Below the pieces are notes generated by a model. That model made no database searches. It was given only the letters and a program-made list of their open reading frames with translations, and had not been told where the DNA came from. A stretch of 53,065 nt of DNA from Promethearchaeota archaeon (GTDB taxonomy: Archaea > Asgardarchaeota > Lokiarchaeia > Sigyniarchaeales > SOKP01), in the NCBI GenBank assembly GCA_013375475.1, contig JABXKD010000015.1:1-53065 (forward strand), written 5' to 3'. Shown here in pieces: positions 1 through 9,530 of this stretch. The translations under genes and the position numbers were made by a program. Position 1 is the first letter of the stretch, and every line of letters begins with the position of its first letter.

Positions 1-773
1 AGTGCAATACATTTCGCGATTTGATTTTTTTTATTTTGATCATTTAATTTTTCAACAACTTGTAAACTACTCTCGAGATTAAGAGTTGCGTTAGCTCTAA
101 TTAGGTTATAATATAGTTCTAACTTTTCACTTTCATTAGTTAACTTCAATGAATTCTCTAACGCTTTGTAAAACTCCCCATTCGAAAGATACGATTTTGC
201 GAGGTTCTTTAAATTTGTATTCAAATTTTCAACTTCGGCCCTAAAGAGAGTGGGAGATTGACTATTATTCTGTGACTCTTCAAGGCGAATTGTAGCTTCC
301 TTAATTTTTTTTTCAATTATCTTAATTTCATTCTTGTTTGATGTGATTATGAAGTCTTTTGGGTTAAATTTATCTCCTTTATTGGAATTGAGAAATTGTT
401 TATCTTTTAAAATTTGTCGAATCCTACTTGAAGAAATTTTATCCCTAATCTGTTGAACTTTTACCGTGATTTCAACTAATTTCATCCAGTATGCATTTAC
501 TGTTAATTTACCAAACCCGTTCGCTGTCGGTTTCAATTGTAAATTTATCTTTTTAGTTTCTCCCGGCTTGAAGAGAACTTCATTTAGAAATTCAATTGGC
601 TTGATGTCGATCTCGAGATTCTCTCCTTCAAACATGAATTTGAAATGTTCTTCCTTAGTAGATTTATTGATAACTTGGAAGGAAACAGCATTATCAACAT
701 CTGGAATTAGAAGGTTCTGAGGAAACTTAGTTATACTAATCGATATTACATGATTCGGATCTGCGTTAGACAT
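1..773 (-). CDS. Hypothetical protein, runs off the window start; beta-rich N-terminus followed by a helical region
   Basis: Not in the ORF track. Hand translation from ATG at 773 gives MSNADPNHVISISITKFPQNLLIPDVDNAVSFQVINK..., open to the window edge. Confidence 0.8.
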   Translation of the reverse strand, partial: MSNADPNHVISISITKFPQNLLIPDVDNAVSFQVINKSTKEEHFKFMFEGENLEIDIKPIEFLNEVLFKPGETKKINLQLKPTANGFGKLTVNAYWMKLVEITVKVQQIRDKISSSRIRQILKDKQFLNSNKGDKFNPKDFIITSNKNEIKIIEKKIKEATIRLEESQNNSQSPTLFRAEVENLNTNLKNLAKSYLSNGEFYKALENSLKLTNESEKLELYYNLIRANATLNLESSLQVVEKLNDQNKKNQIAKCIA

Positions 774-931
774 AATTGAAAATGTATTTGGTTTTTGTAG
801 TATAATTAATTGCGTAAAATAGATATTATTTATGGTTTCCTTAGAGTGTAAAAATCGTGAACAAGTGCTATATTACCTTAATATCAACAATATAAAACTT
901 ATTGATTTTAAATATTTACAAATAAAAAAGT

Positions 932-1669
932 TCACTTCCCCTTCCTTCTATTTCGATTTGCATATTCTTGTATATCTTCAAGGACCATTTCTTTGTCATA
1001 ATCAGGCCACAAATCGGTCCGAAACTTAAATTCCGCGTAGGAAGCATCCCACAATAAAAATCCTGAAATTCTTGCTCCATCTTCCATTCCTGTTCTTATG
1101 ATATAATCAACTTCAGGAAAATCACAAGTATAAAGACAACTTTTAACCATATTTTTATCAATATCGTCTACTTTTACACCGCTTTTAATAATTTTTTTTA
1201 CTGCATCAACGATCTCTTCCTGACCATCATACATTATGCACAAATTAATAAAGTTCTGGTCGTTTTCTCTCGTAAATTCAATTAATTCATTAATCTTCTT
1301 TTGAACTGCTTCTGGTAATAAATGTACTCGTCCAATTACATTAAAATTAACTTTTTCTTCTTTAACAGTTGCTTCCTGAATTACAGCATCAACTGCGTCT
1401 AAAATTATACGGAATATATATTTAATCTCTTCTTCGCTTCTTTTTTTTAGATTTTCAAGCGATAAAGCGTAGATACTTAAATAATGAATCCCAGCTTCAA
1501 AAAAATCAAATAATCTCTCTTTTAAATTCTGGTATCCAATTAGATGGCCAACATTTGCACCAAGCAGATTTTTCGTTGCCCAACGTCGGTTTACGTTTAA
1601 AAGTGGTAATCACATTTAAATTCCGTCCAAAATTAATCCAACGTGTTTAGGCAATTTATCTTCTGCCAT
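932..1669 (-). CDS. uppS: cis-prenyltransferase (UppS family), 235 aa after removing a 30-nt insert (exon 1 1669..1621, exon 2 1590..932)
   Basis: Hand translation: MAEDKLPKHVGLILDG|NRRWATKNLLGANVGHLIG...IYALSLENLKKRSEEEIKY...IIRTG..RISGFLLWDASYAEF..LWPD..RNRRKGK. The UppS motifs, including the C-terminal RxG, are intact. The ORF track shows only the last 103 aa. Confidence 0.93.
1591..1620 (-). other. Putative bulge-helix-bulge (BHB) intron in uppS mRNA
   Basis: Minus strand TTTAAATGTGATTACCACTTTTAAACGTAA carries in-frame TAA and TGA. Central helix ACGG/ACGU (3 of 4 paired), bulges AA^U and AA^A, inner stem UUAAA/UUUAA plus GUG/CAC, outer exon-exon helix UUGG/CCGA. Excision gives GAC GGA AAC CGA CGT (DGNRR). 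Confidence 0.8.
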
Positions 1670-1872
1670 TCTTTTTTGATCTTCCAAACCTATTTGACTC
1701 TTTAAAAGATGATTACTCTTTTTGTGATTCTTATAATTATAAAATGCTAGAAGACATATTATAATTTTGATTTCTATTAAATCTTGTTAAAATAGTTGCT
1801 ATGCTCCTTGGGTTAAGTTAGATTATTTATTTGAGGGAAGAGGTAGAAATACAAGCAAAAAATATAATTGAA

Positions 1873-3114
1873 TTATTCGATTGAGCCTAAAAATTTTTTC
1901 AAAATAAGATCGTGGAGGCCGTGAATATTTTTTTGAATATCGTAAAAGTCATATTCAATGCCTAATCTTGATTTAAGTAGGGTAGGAATATGATCAATAT
2001 CAAAAAATACAGGAATTATTGGTTTTCCTATCGCTTCGGCAGCCGTCCACTCCTTCTTAACGGGTACTGAATTAAGTGCGTTTTTGGAACAGAATAAGAC
2101 TATGATATCACATTTGTTAAGGTTTTCATTCATATACTCAAATATATTATCATCCATGTCCTCTTCCCAGTAAAGAACATCTTTTATCTCTTGGAAATTA
2201 GTGAGCATTTTAACTATTTCATGTATTTTGAATAAGTTTACATCTTTTGTTGCATAACTCACAAATATTAGTATCCTGTGTTGTATTTCATTACTAATTG
2301 GGATATTCTTGCCAATTATTTCGGTCGGTATAGGTTTTCCTAACATGTAAGAGGCAAGTTCAATCTCTCTTTTGGTAGGTATTTTCTTCTTCTTGGGTTT
2401 AGCAGGTTTATGAGGTTTTAAACCAGAATACATAAACAAAAAAGCAATCAAATAACCAAGTCTAACGAAAATTAAAGCAATACCGGGAATTGCATAACCA
2501 TCAAGTATTCCAAATGTGAGATATAAAAAAAATCCAATTGATAATAATAAATACTTTTTTCTTACTACACCTTTAGATTGAAAGCTTCTTAATAAGAATC
2601 CGAACCCGTTAAAAGTTAACATTGACAACAAAAAAATAACACTCAAAATACCTGCAGGAGCCCCGATCTTAAAAATATCTTCAATTAAATCTTCACCTGA
2701 TTTTGTCGGTGGTATAAATGTATGAGATCCTAATGGATCTAAAAAAATAAATAATTCATAAACTATACCCAAAATTAAATAGATCGGGATAATATACCTT
2801 TTTTTGTCTGGTGTTAATAGTTCAACACCAATATATATCGCAATTAAAAGACCAGGGATTATCCACATACCACCTAAAATACCAAGTAATCCGTATGTGT
2901 TATCCATATTGCTACCCGATAAAAGAATTATTAAGAAATCGTAACTTGATCCTAAATAACAAAGACCACCAAATATAATCATTAATCCTGCATAAAAAAG
3001 GAGCTTAGTTTTTGATTTCTTTGATTTGGATATAAGGAATAATCCAAATATACAACCGAAAATAACAACAACTATTGCTGTGCCACCGGTAATCCAACCT
3101 ACGTAAGAAAGCAT
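1873..3114 (-). CDS. Multi-pass (~7 TM) membrane protein with C-terminal TIR domain
   Basis: Hydrophobic segments over the first ~230 aa, a Lys/Pro-rich linker, then IFVSYATKD...CDIIVLFCSKNALNSVPVKKEW...KPIIPVF (TIR_2-like, conserved Glu present). Confidence 0.85.
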   Translation of the reverse strand: MLSYVGWITGGTAIVVVIFGCIFGLFLISKSKKSKTKLLFYAGLMIIFGGLCYLGSSYDFLIILLSGSNMDNTYGLLGILGGMWIIPGLLIAIYIGVELLTPDKKRYIIPIYLILGIVYELFIFLDPLGSHTFIPPTKSGEDLIEDIFKIGAPAGILSVIFLLSMLTFNGFGFLLRSFQSKGVVRKKYLLLSIGFFLYLTFGILDGYAIPGIALIFVRLGYLIAFLFMYSGLKPHKPAKPKKKKIPTKREIELASYMLGKPIPTEIIGKNIPISNEIQHRILIFVSYATKDVNLFKIHEIVKMLTNFQEIKDVLYWEEDMDDNIFEYMNENLNKCDIIVLFCSKNALNSVPVKKEWTAAEAIGKPIIPVFFDIDHIPTLLKSRLGIEYDFYDIQKNIHGLHDLILKKFLGSIE

Positions 3115-3528
3115 ACCCCCTCACAACAACTCTAACATATTTGATATTATAAAATTAATTAAAAAATGAAGTTTGACACAAAAGTCATAAATGTATATGA
3201 AAGTATTGTTTATAAAACTTTTCTCTTAAAATTCGGATTAATAATATTACTTACATATCGTTGTTAAAAGACTGGTTCAGAATAAAAAATAATCTTTTAT
3301 GAATAAAAATTCAAGTGTAGAGATTGTAATAACACATTTAATAGTATGAACAGTTAAAAGTATTAACTTATAGAGAATTCTTAAATAACCAATAAGCTTA
3401 AAATCTTTAATATTCAAATAAATGTTTGAACAAATAAACTTTTGAGTAAAGCGATATTATAAATCCTAACGGTTAAACTTTAATTGCTCAAATATTATTT
3501 ATACAAGAACTTATTCGAAAGGGAGTAA

Positions 3529-5163
3529 TTGCGAATGATTGGCAACGACTATTTATTCAGCGACATTGGCATCGATAGTATAGGTTTTCACGCCCCAAAA
3601 TATTATATAAAATTGGACGACTTAGCAGAATCGCGAAAAGTAGATCCCAATAAGTTTAGTAAGGGTTTAATGGCTCACGAGATGAGAGTTCCCGAGGTTA
3701 ACGAAGATATCATTTCCTTAGGCTTAAAAGCAGGATATCAAGCTTTAAATAAAGGCGGGATAAATCCTAAAAGTATAGACGCATTGTTTGTAGGGACTGA
3801 AACAATAACTTATGCTGTAAAGAGTGTTTCTAATATCTTTGCTGAACTGTTAGAAATATCTCCGAATTCTATAACCCAAGATACATACAACGCCTGTGCT
3901 GGTGGTACACTAGCCCTCCTCAATGCTATTGCTCTAATCGAAAAAGATATCATTAGCAAAGCACTCGTTATAAGTGCTGATATTTCTTCTTATCATTTAG
4001 GTTCGCCAAGCGAAGCAACTCAAGGCTCAGGAGCAGTCGCACTAGTAATATCAAAGCACCCCCGGGTTGCTTCTTTCAGTGAGAAATTCGGGAAAGTATC
4101 GGGAAATGTTGATGATTTTTTTCGCGCTGCTAATGAAAAAGAGGCTAAAGCGTTTGGTCATTATTCGGTTAAAACTTATCTTGACTTCCAATTAAAAGCT
4201 TACGACGATCTTGTTAAAAATATTGGCGATTTTCACGCGGATTATTATACTTTCCACGCACCCTTCTCAAAATTACCTATTAAATGCATGCAAGAGATAA
4301 TTCAAAAACGCTGGATAAAACATATTAATGATCTGCCAAAAATAAATATGAATAATATAAAATCCTCCATACTTAAGAAACTCGATTCTTTTATGCACGA
4401 CATTACAGTGTTACCTGAATGGTTGTATTTGAAGTTAAAGGAGAGAGGTTATTCATCGGAAACGCTGGAAAGTATCTCATATAAACTTATTGGTAATTTC
4501 ACAGAGAAAGTCCTCCCCCAATTAAGAGTTCCTTCCCACTTTGGAAATATGTATAATGCAGCAATTTGGGCACAGATAATATTTATCGCTGAAGAATATG
4601 CAAGGACTAATGACATCGTCTACTTCGGTTCCTATGGCTCAGGGGCTACTTGTATTTCTGGTTTACTAAAATTCAAAAAGGGATTTAGAAAAATCATAGA
4701 CCAATCACCTCACATTAGTGATTTTATTCAAAATAAAGAGCTGAAAACCATTAAAGAATATGAACAGATCAAAACCGGTGAATTCTTACAAAAAACAGTC
4801 TTAGGAAAAATTGTTGAACACGAAAAGAATGATAAAAGAGGATTTACACTTCGGTTCTGCGACGAGGGATGTATCCTCCCAAACATAGAAGGTTTAAACC
4901 ACTGTCCGAAAGGTCACTCAGGATTCCATGAAAAGTTCTTTCCACTATATGCTGTATTAGACTCAGAACCAGTTGAAAATCCTAACGAAAACAACCTAAA
5001 CTACCTTTATAACGGTTTTGTAAGGATAACGGGAGATGTTAAACCAGGAGCTTGCTTAGAATACGAGATCAGGCGCCTTGTAAAAGAAAACGAAACAAAC
5101 TTTAATGCGATTGGTTTATTAAATTGGAGCCCTATGTATTATCCCGTCGATAATATCTACTAA
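3529..5163 (+). CDS. mvaS: HMG-CoA synthase with C-terminal Cys-rich extension (paralog 1)
   Basis: VGTET, NACAGG, HAPFSK, GNMY and SYGSG motifs; ~130 aa extension with CDEGC-x10-CPKGH. Confidence 0.88.
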   Translation: MRMIGNDYLFSDIGIDSIGFHAPKYYIKLDDLAESRKVDPNKFSKGLMAHEMRVPEVNEDIISLGLKAGYQALNKGGINPKSIDALFVGTETITYAVKSVSNIFAELLEISPNSITQDTYNACAGGTLALLNAIALIEKDIISKALVISADISSYHLGSPSEATQGSGAVALVISKHPRVASFSEKFGKVSGNVDDFFRAANEKEAKAFGHYSVKTYLDFQLKAYDDLVKNIGDFHADYYTFHAPFSKLPIKCMQEIIQKRWIKHINDLPKINMNNIKSSILKKLDSFMHDITVLPEWLYLKLKERGYSSETLESISYKLIGNFTEKVLPQLRVPSHFGNMYNAAIWAQIIFIAEEYARTNDIVYFGSYGSGATCISGLLKFKKGFRKIIDQSPHISDFIQNKELKTIKEYEQIKTGEFLQKTVLGKIVEHEKNDKRGFTLRFCDEGCILPNIEGLNHCPKGHSGFHEKFFPLYAVLDSEPVENPNENNLNYLYNGFVRITGDVKPGACLEYEIRRLVKENETNFNAIGLLNWSPMYYPVDNIY

Positions 5164-5387
5164 GCTTATATTCTTTTGTATTATAATAATGTAAAACCTT
5201 CTATTACTGAAACCCCCCTTAATGGCGTGATAAATGAACACAATAAATTCTAAGGGTTTTATAAAAAATCGATGAATAGGTACTTTATACTAATCCAAAA
5301 TAAGGATTTTAAAATTCATAAGCAATTAATTTTTTAAATTTATAGTATTCAATTAATATCAAACAATCATAAACGTGATAAAATTTT

Positions 5388-6071
5388 ATGTCAATCTATT
5401 TCTGGTTAAATTTTTTTGTGATTTTAGGTCCATTTTTTTTATCTTTTGATAAAAAGGTGAGCTTTTGGCGTAGATGGCCCCCGCTATTTTTGAGTATTCT
5501 TGTCGTTAGTGGTAGTTTTATTATCTGGGATATAATTGTGACAAACATCGGACATTGGTCTTTCTCAGAAAATTACGCAGGAATACTGAAAATATTTAAT
5601 CTTCCTATAGGAGAATGGGTTTTTTTTATCTCTGTTCCTTATGCAACAATTTTTATCTATGAATGTGTTCGAGCGTATATAAAAGAAAAGAAATTCTTTT
5701 TTTCGAGATATGTAATTATAGCTATTGGGTTAATTGGGATTCTACCCTTGATATTCTATCCAGATAAAGGGTATACAGTGATCGATGGGATAGTATTTTT
5801 TATTACTATGTTATTAATCAGTTTAATAAAGTTCGAACAATTCCAATCCCGTTGGACAATAACCGCTCTATTTCTGAGTTATATTCCTTTTTTAATCTTT
5901 AATGGCATTTTTACTTTCCTACCTATTGTCTCTTATAGTAGTGAGGCAATTATTGGTTTTAGAGTTATTTCTATACCGATTGAGGATTTTTTCTATAGTT
6001 TTTCTCTTATTAGTCTTTATCTTTTCTTTTACTTTTTATTCAGAAAATACAGTTTTAAGAGGCATACATAA
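5388..6071 (+). CDS. crtY: Lycopene cyclase, fused CrtYc/Yd type
   Basis: Membrane protein with two repeated halves (WD..W.FS..LPIGEWVFF and IPIEDFFY); adjacent to crt genes. Confidence 0.85.
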   Translation: MSIYFWLNFFVILGPFFLSFDKKVSFWRRWPPLFLSILVVSGSFIIWDIIVTNIGHWSFSENYAGILKIFNLPIGEWVFFISVPYATIFIYECVRAYIKEKKFFFSRYVIIAIGLIGILPLIFYPDKGYTVIDGIVFFITMLLISLIKFEQFQSRWTITALFLSYIPFLIFNGIFTFLPIVSYSSEAIIGFRVISIPIEDFFYSFSLISLYLFFYFLFRKYSFKRHT

Positions 6072-6072
6072 A

Positions 6073-7554
6073 TTGAAAAAAGCTGCGATTATTGGTGCGG
6101 GTTTAGGTGGATTATCCGCATCAATATATCTAAAAGCCAAGGGATGGGATGTGGATGTATACGAAGCTCAATCCTTTCCAGGTGGAAAAGCAGCTGAAGA
6201 ATATTTTGATGGATATCGGTTTGATACCGGTCCCTCTCTAGTAACAATGCCTTGGGTTTTTGAGGATGTTTTTCAAACTGCAGGAAAAGATGTGCATCAA
6301 GAACTTACGTTAGTTAAACTGGAAGAGATTTGTACTTATTATCTATCAGATGGGAGATACCTCAAAGCATGGGCCGATACTGAAGAATTCGGCTTTGAAC
6401 TGGAAAAAATTGTTCCTGGAAGTCAAAATTCCTTCAAGAAATATTTAAAAGAAGCAGAAAAAGTTCATTCATTAGGAGGAAATTTTTTTTTAACCCAAGC
6501 AATTCATGAAATTAGGAATTTAATAAAGCCATCAGTTCTTCTTAAACTGATTCGGTTTGCAGGTATTCATCCTTTTAGCACTCTAAATAAACTTAATACG
6601 AAATTTTTCAAAGATCCTCGTATTGTTCAGCTTTTTAATAGATATGCTACATACAATGGATCAGATCCCTATCAAACTCCAGCAACTATGATTATTATAC
6701 CGTTTATAGAGTATATTGGTGGTGGATATGGAATTAAAGAGGGTATTTTCGAAATTCCTAAAAAAATTCATAAAGCTGCAGAGGAGTTAGGTGTTCATTT
6801 TATATTTGGGCAGAGAGTCGAAAAAATTAACGTACAAAAAAAGAAAATACTTGGTATTAACACAGCATCAAATGATATAGATTATGATGTTGTAATATCT
6901 AACGCTGATGTTCTTTATACATATGACACACTCCTTAATTTACCAAATTCAAAGGAAGCAAAAAGATATAGAAAACTCGAACCAAGTTCGAGTGGTATTG
7001 TTTTTTATTGGGGTATTAATCGAACTTTTAAGGAACTTTCAGTGAATAACATTTTTTTTTCGTCTAATTATACCGCCGAGTTTAAGGCAATGTTCGAAGA
7101 TAATATCATGGCAGAGGAACCAACTGTCTATGTCAATATTACCTCAAAATTAACACCCACTGATGCTCCTAAAGATTGTGAAAATTGGTTTGTTCTTCTC
7201 AATGCACCATCAAATCAGAATCAAGATTGGGACTTATTGGTTTCCAATGCAAGAAATGCTGCCATCAATCTATTATCAAAACGCTTAGGTACGAATATAA
7301 AATCTCATATTGTAACTGAAGGGATCCTTACTCCTCCAGAAATAGAGAAGCGGACAGGATCTAAATACGGCAGTCTTTATGGTATAAGTTCGAATTCTGT
7401 GACATCAGCATTTATGCGTCATAGAAATCGGAGTAAACGCATTAAAGGTTTGTATTTTTGTGGAGGTAGTGCACATCCTGGTGGTGGAATGCCTTTAGTT
7501 TTACTATCAGGTAAAATTTGTGCTAATCTCGTTGAAAAATATTCTGGTGAGTAA
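6073..7554 (+). CDS. crtD: CrtI-family desaturase, probably 1-hydroxycarotenoid 3,4-desaturase; likely TTG start at 6073
   Basis: GAGLGGL, FDTGPS, LFNRYATYNGSDPY and GGSAHPGGGMP motifs; directly upstream of cruF. The ORF-track start at 5902 overlaps crtY. Family is firm; CrtD versus CrtI is inferred. Confidence 0.75.
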   Translation: MKKAAIIGAGLGGLSASIYLKAKGWDVDVYEAQSFPGGKAAEEYFDGYRFDTGPSLVTMPWVFEDVFQTAGKDVHQELTLVKLEEICTYYLSDGRYLKAWADTEEFGFELEKIVPGSQNSFKKYLKEAEKVHSLGGNFFLTQAIHEIRNLIKPSVLLKLIRFAGIHPFSTLNKLNTKFFKDPRIVQLFNRYATYNGSDPYQTPATMIIIPFIEYIGGGYGIKEGIFEIPKKIHKAAEELGVHFIFGQRVEKINVQKKKILGINTASNDIDYDVVISNADVLYTYDTLLNLPNSKEAKRYRKLEPSSSGIVFYWGINRTFKELSVNNIFFSSNYTAEFKAMFEDNIMAEEPTVYVNITSKLTPTDAPKDCENWFVLLNAPSNQNQDWDLLVSNARNAAINLLSKRLGTNIKSHIVTEGILTPPEIEKRTGSKYGSLYGISSNSVTSAFMRHRNRSKRIKGLYFCGGSAHPGGGMPLVLLSGKICANLVEKYSGE

Positions 7555-8269
7555 ATTGAGCAAAATTAGATCAATAATAAGTAATTGGAAATTTCAAACT
7601 ATAATCTTATCAATATTTTTTGCTGTGGGTATAATTGGTCATTATTGGGATTATACTTATCCTTTTATGGTTGTTTTAACTCCCTTCGTAATCTTGATTT
7701 CTGGTATATGGGCTATTCATAAATGTTTAAAAAAACGATATTTAGTATTATGGATAATACTAGCATACATTGTCACTTTCTTATTAGAAGTACTTGGAGT
7801 TTCTCAAGGTTTTGTCTTTGGACCCTACTATTATGGTGATGTGCTTGGCCCGAAGTTATTTAATGTCCCGGTAATAATAGGTTTAAATTGGGTATTCATC
7901 ATTTTATCATTAGTATTGCTTTCAGAATGGTTAGTGAACCTATTATTTAAATCAAGATTTAATGCTAGGATTAAGACTTTGTTTACAGCAATATTTACGG
8001 CTGCATTTGCAACTTTTTTTGATTTCTTGATGGAACCCGCAGCTGTTGGATTAAATTATTGGCTTTGGACATTAACTGGTGACCCCTTGAATATACCTAT
8101 TCAAAACTATTTTGCTTGGTTTTTAATTTCCTTTTCATTTGCATTAACCTTATTATCTATAACTAAAAATGAACGGATCCTGCTTCAAGAAAGCCCTCAC
8201 AGTCCCTGGTTTGTTTTAATCCAAGCAACATTCTTTATTGCGATAAGGATTGTTCTGCTCGTTAGCTAA
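7547..8269 (+). CDS. cruF: Carotenoid 1,2-hydratase (CruF/DUF422 family)
   Basis: EVLGVSQGFVFGPYYYGDVLGPKL, DFLMEP and IPIQNYFAW motifs; GTG at 7547 overlaps the end of crtD. Confidence 0.85.
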   Translation: MSKLSKIRSIISNWKFQTIILSIFFAVGIIGHYWDYTYPFMVVLTPFVILISGIWAIHKCLKKRYLVLWIILAYIVTFLLEVLGVSQGFVFGPYYYGDVLGPKLFNVPVIIGLNWVFIILSLVLLSEWLVNLLFKSRFNARIKTLFTAIFTAAFATFFDFLMEPAAVGLNYWLWTLTGDPLNIPIQNYFAWFLISFSFALTLLSITKNERILLQESPHSPWFVLIQATFFIAIRIVLLVS

Positions 8270-8396
8270 ACTGATCTCTATATTAAACTATTCATCAGGT
8301 GAAAAGTTATTTCCTTTTAATAAGCTAAAAACTTTAATTTTATAAAAAGTGTTTCTGTAACTCCATTAGATAAAACCTTTAGTTCAAGGTGAAATT

Positions 8397-9494
8397 ATGG
8401 ATATATCAAATATTCCAATAAAGAATAGAAAAGATGAGCATATTTTACTTGTAAGCAAAGAGAATGTTGAAAGTCATACTACAACTTGGCTTGAACATAT
8501 CAAATTTGTGCATAATACGCTGCCTGAATTAAATATGGATGATGTTGATTTGTCATGTAAATTTTTAGGGAAATCTATATCTGCACCACTTATCATTGGG
8601 GCGATGACTGGTGGTACAGAATTAACAAAGAAAATTAATATCTCCCTCGCTAAAGCTGCTCAAAAATATCGAATTCCAATGATGGTTGGAAGTCAAAGAG
8701 TCATACTAAGACATCCAGAAACGAAAGGAACATTTGCTGCTGTTAGAGAATCTGCACCTGATGTTCCGATAGTTGGAAACATAGGAATCGCTCAAGTAGC
8801 AACATCAGAGAATTTTGATTATGTGGAAGAACTCATAACAAATATCAGTGCGGATGCGTTAGCAATACATCTCAATGTTATCCAAGAAGTTATTCAACCC
8901 GAAGGGGATAAAATCTTTTCGGGCGCAATAAAAAAAGTAAAAGCTCTAAAAGAACAATATAATATTCCAATCGTTATTAAAGAAACGGGTTGCGGAATTT
9001 CAAGGGAAGTTGCCCAACAATTAGTTGAAATCGGGGTTGATATCATTGATGTTTCTGGAGTAGGAGGAACAAGTTGGGTTGCTGTTGAATACTATCGAGC
9101 AAAAAAACAAGGTATTAAATCCAAGATGGATTTAGGAAAATTGTTTTGGGACTGGGGGATTCCCACTGCAGCTAGCATTATCGAAGTGAGTTCTATGGTG
9201 AACAATACTTCCAAAATTAAAATAATTGGGAGTGGTGGGATAAGGGATGGAATTGATATCGCTAAAGCGTTAAGATTAGGAGCACATTTCGCTGCGATGG
9301 CTCGACCGTTTCTGATGGTCGCTTTGGAAGGACAAGAGTCAATTTATCAATTTATTGAGAAAATTTTACGAGAATTAAGAATTACGATGCTTTTAACGGG
9401 CAGCAAGGACATTGGAGAACTAATAAAAACTCCCATTGTGATTGAATCGTCTCTTAAAAATTGGATAAAACAAAGAAATATTGAAATTAAATAA
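8397..9494 (+). CDS. fni: Type 2 isopentenyl-diphosphate isomerase
   Basis: RKDEHI, AMTGG, GSQR, HLN..QE..QPEGD, KETGCG and GGTSW motifs; AGGTGA upstream. Confidence 0.96.
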   Translation: MDISNIPIKNRKDEHILLVSKENVESHTTTWLEHIKFVHNTLPELNMDDVDLSCKFLGKSISAPLIIGAMTGGTELTKKINISLAKAAQKYRIPMMVGSQRVILRHPETKGTFAAVRESAPDVPIVGNIGIAQVATSENFDYVEELITNISADALAIHLNVIQEVIQPEGDKIFSGAIKKVKALKEQYNIPIVIKETGCGISREVAQQLVEIGVDIIDVSGVGGTSWVAVEYYRAKKQGIKSKMDLGKLFWDWGIPTAASIIEVSSMVNNTSKIKIIGSGGIRDGIDIAKALRLGAHFAAMARPFLMVALEGQESIYQFIEKILRELRITMLLTGSKDIGELIKTPIVIESSLKNWIKQRNIEIK

Positions 9495-9530
9495 TAATAA
9501 AAAAAAGAACACGAATATAGTTAATCAAGA

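Noticed and set aside
466-1029. Plus-strand ORFs 466..720 and 832..1029
   Set aside because: Antisense shadows of, or overlaps with, better supported minus-strand genes.
932-1669. uppS as a pseudogene, or rescued by stop readthrough/selenocysteine
   Set aside because: There are no other lesions. Readthrough would need both TAA and TGA to be decoded and would leave 10 extra residues in the catalytic loop. A pseudogene is not excluded but does not explain the BHB geometry.
5902-6072. N-terminal extension of crtD (also ORF-track extensions at 15743, 34530 and 48310)
   Set aside because: They overlap the upstream gene or promoter-like AT-rich DNA; family motifs begin at the downstream starts.
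5388-8269. Bacterioruberin (C50) pathway suggested by crtD-cruF
   Set aside because: No LyeJ/CrtEb elongase in the window, and crtY plus crtZ indicate cyclic C40 products.
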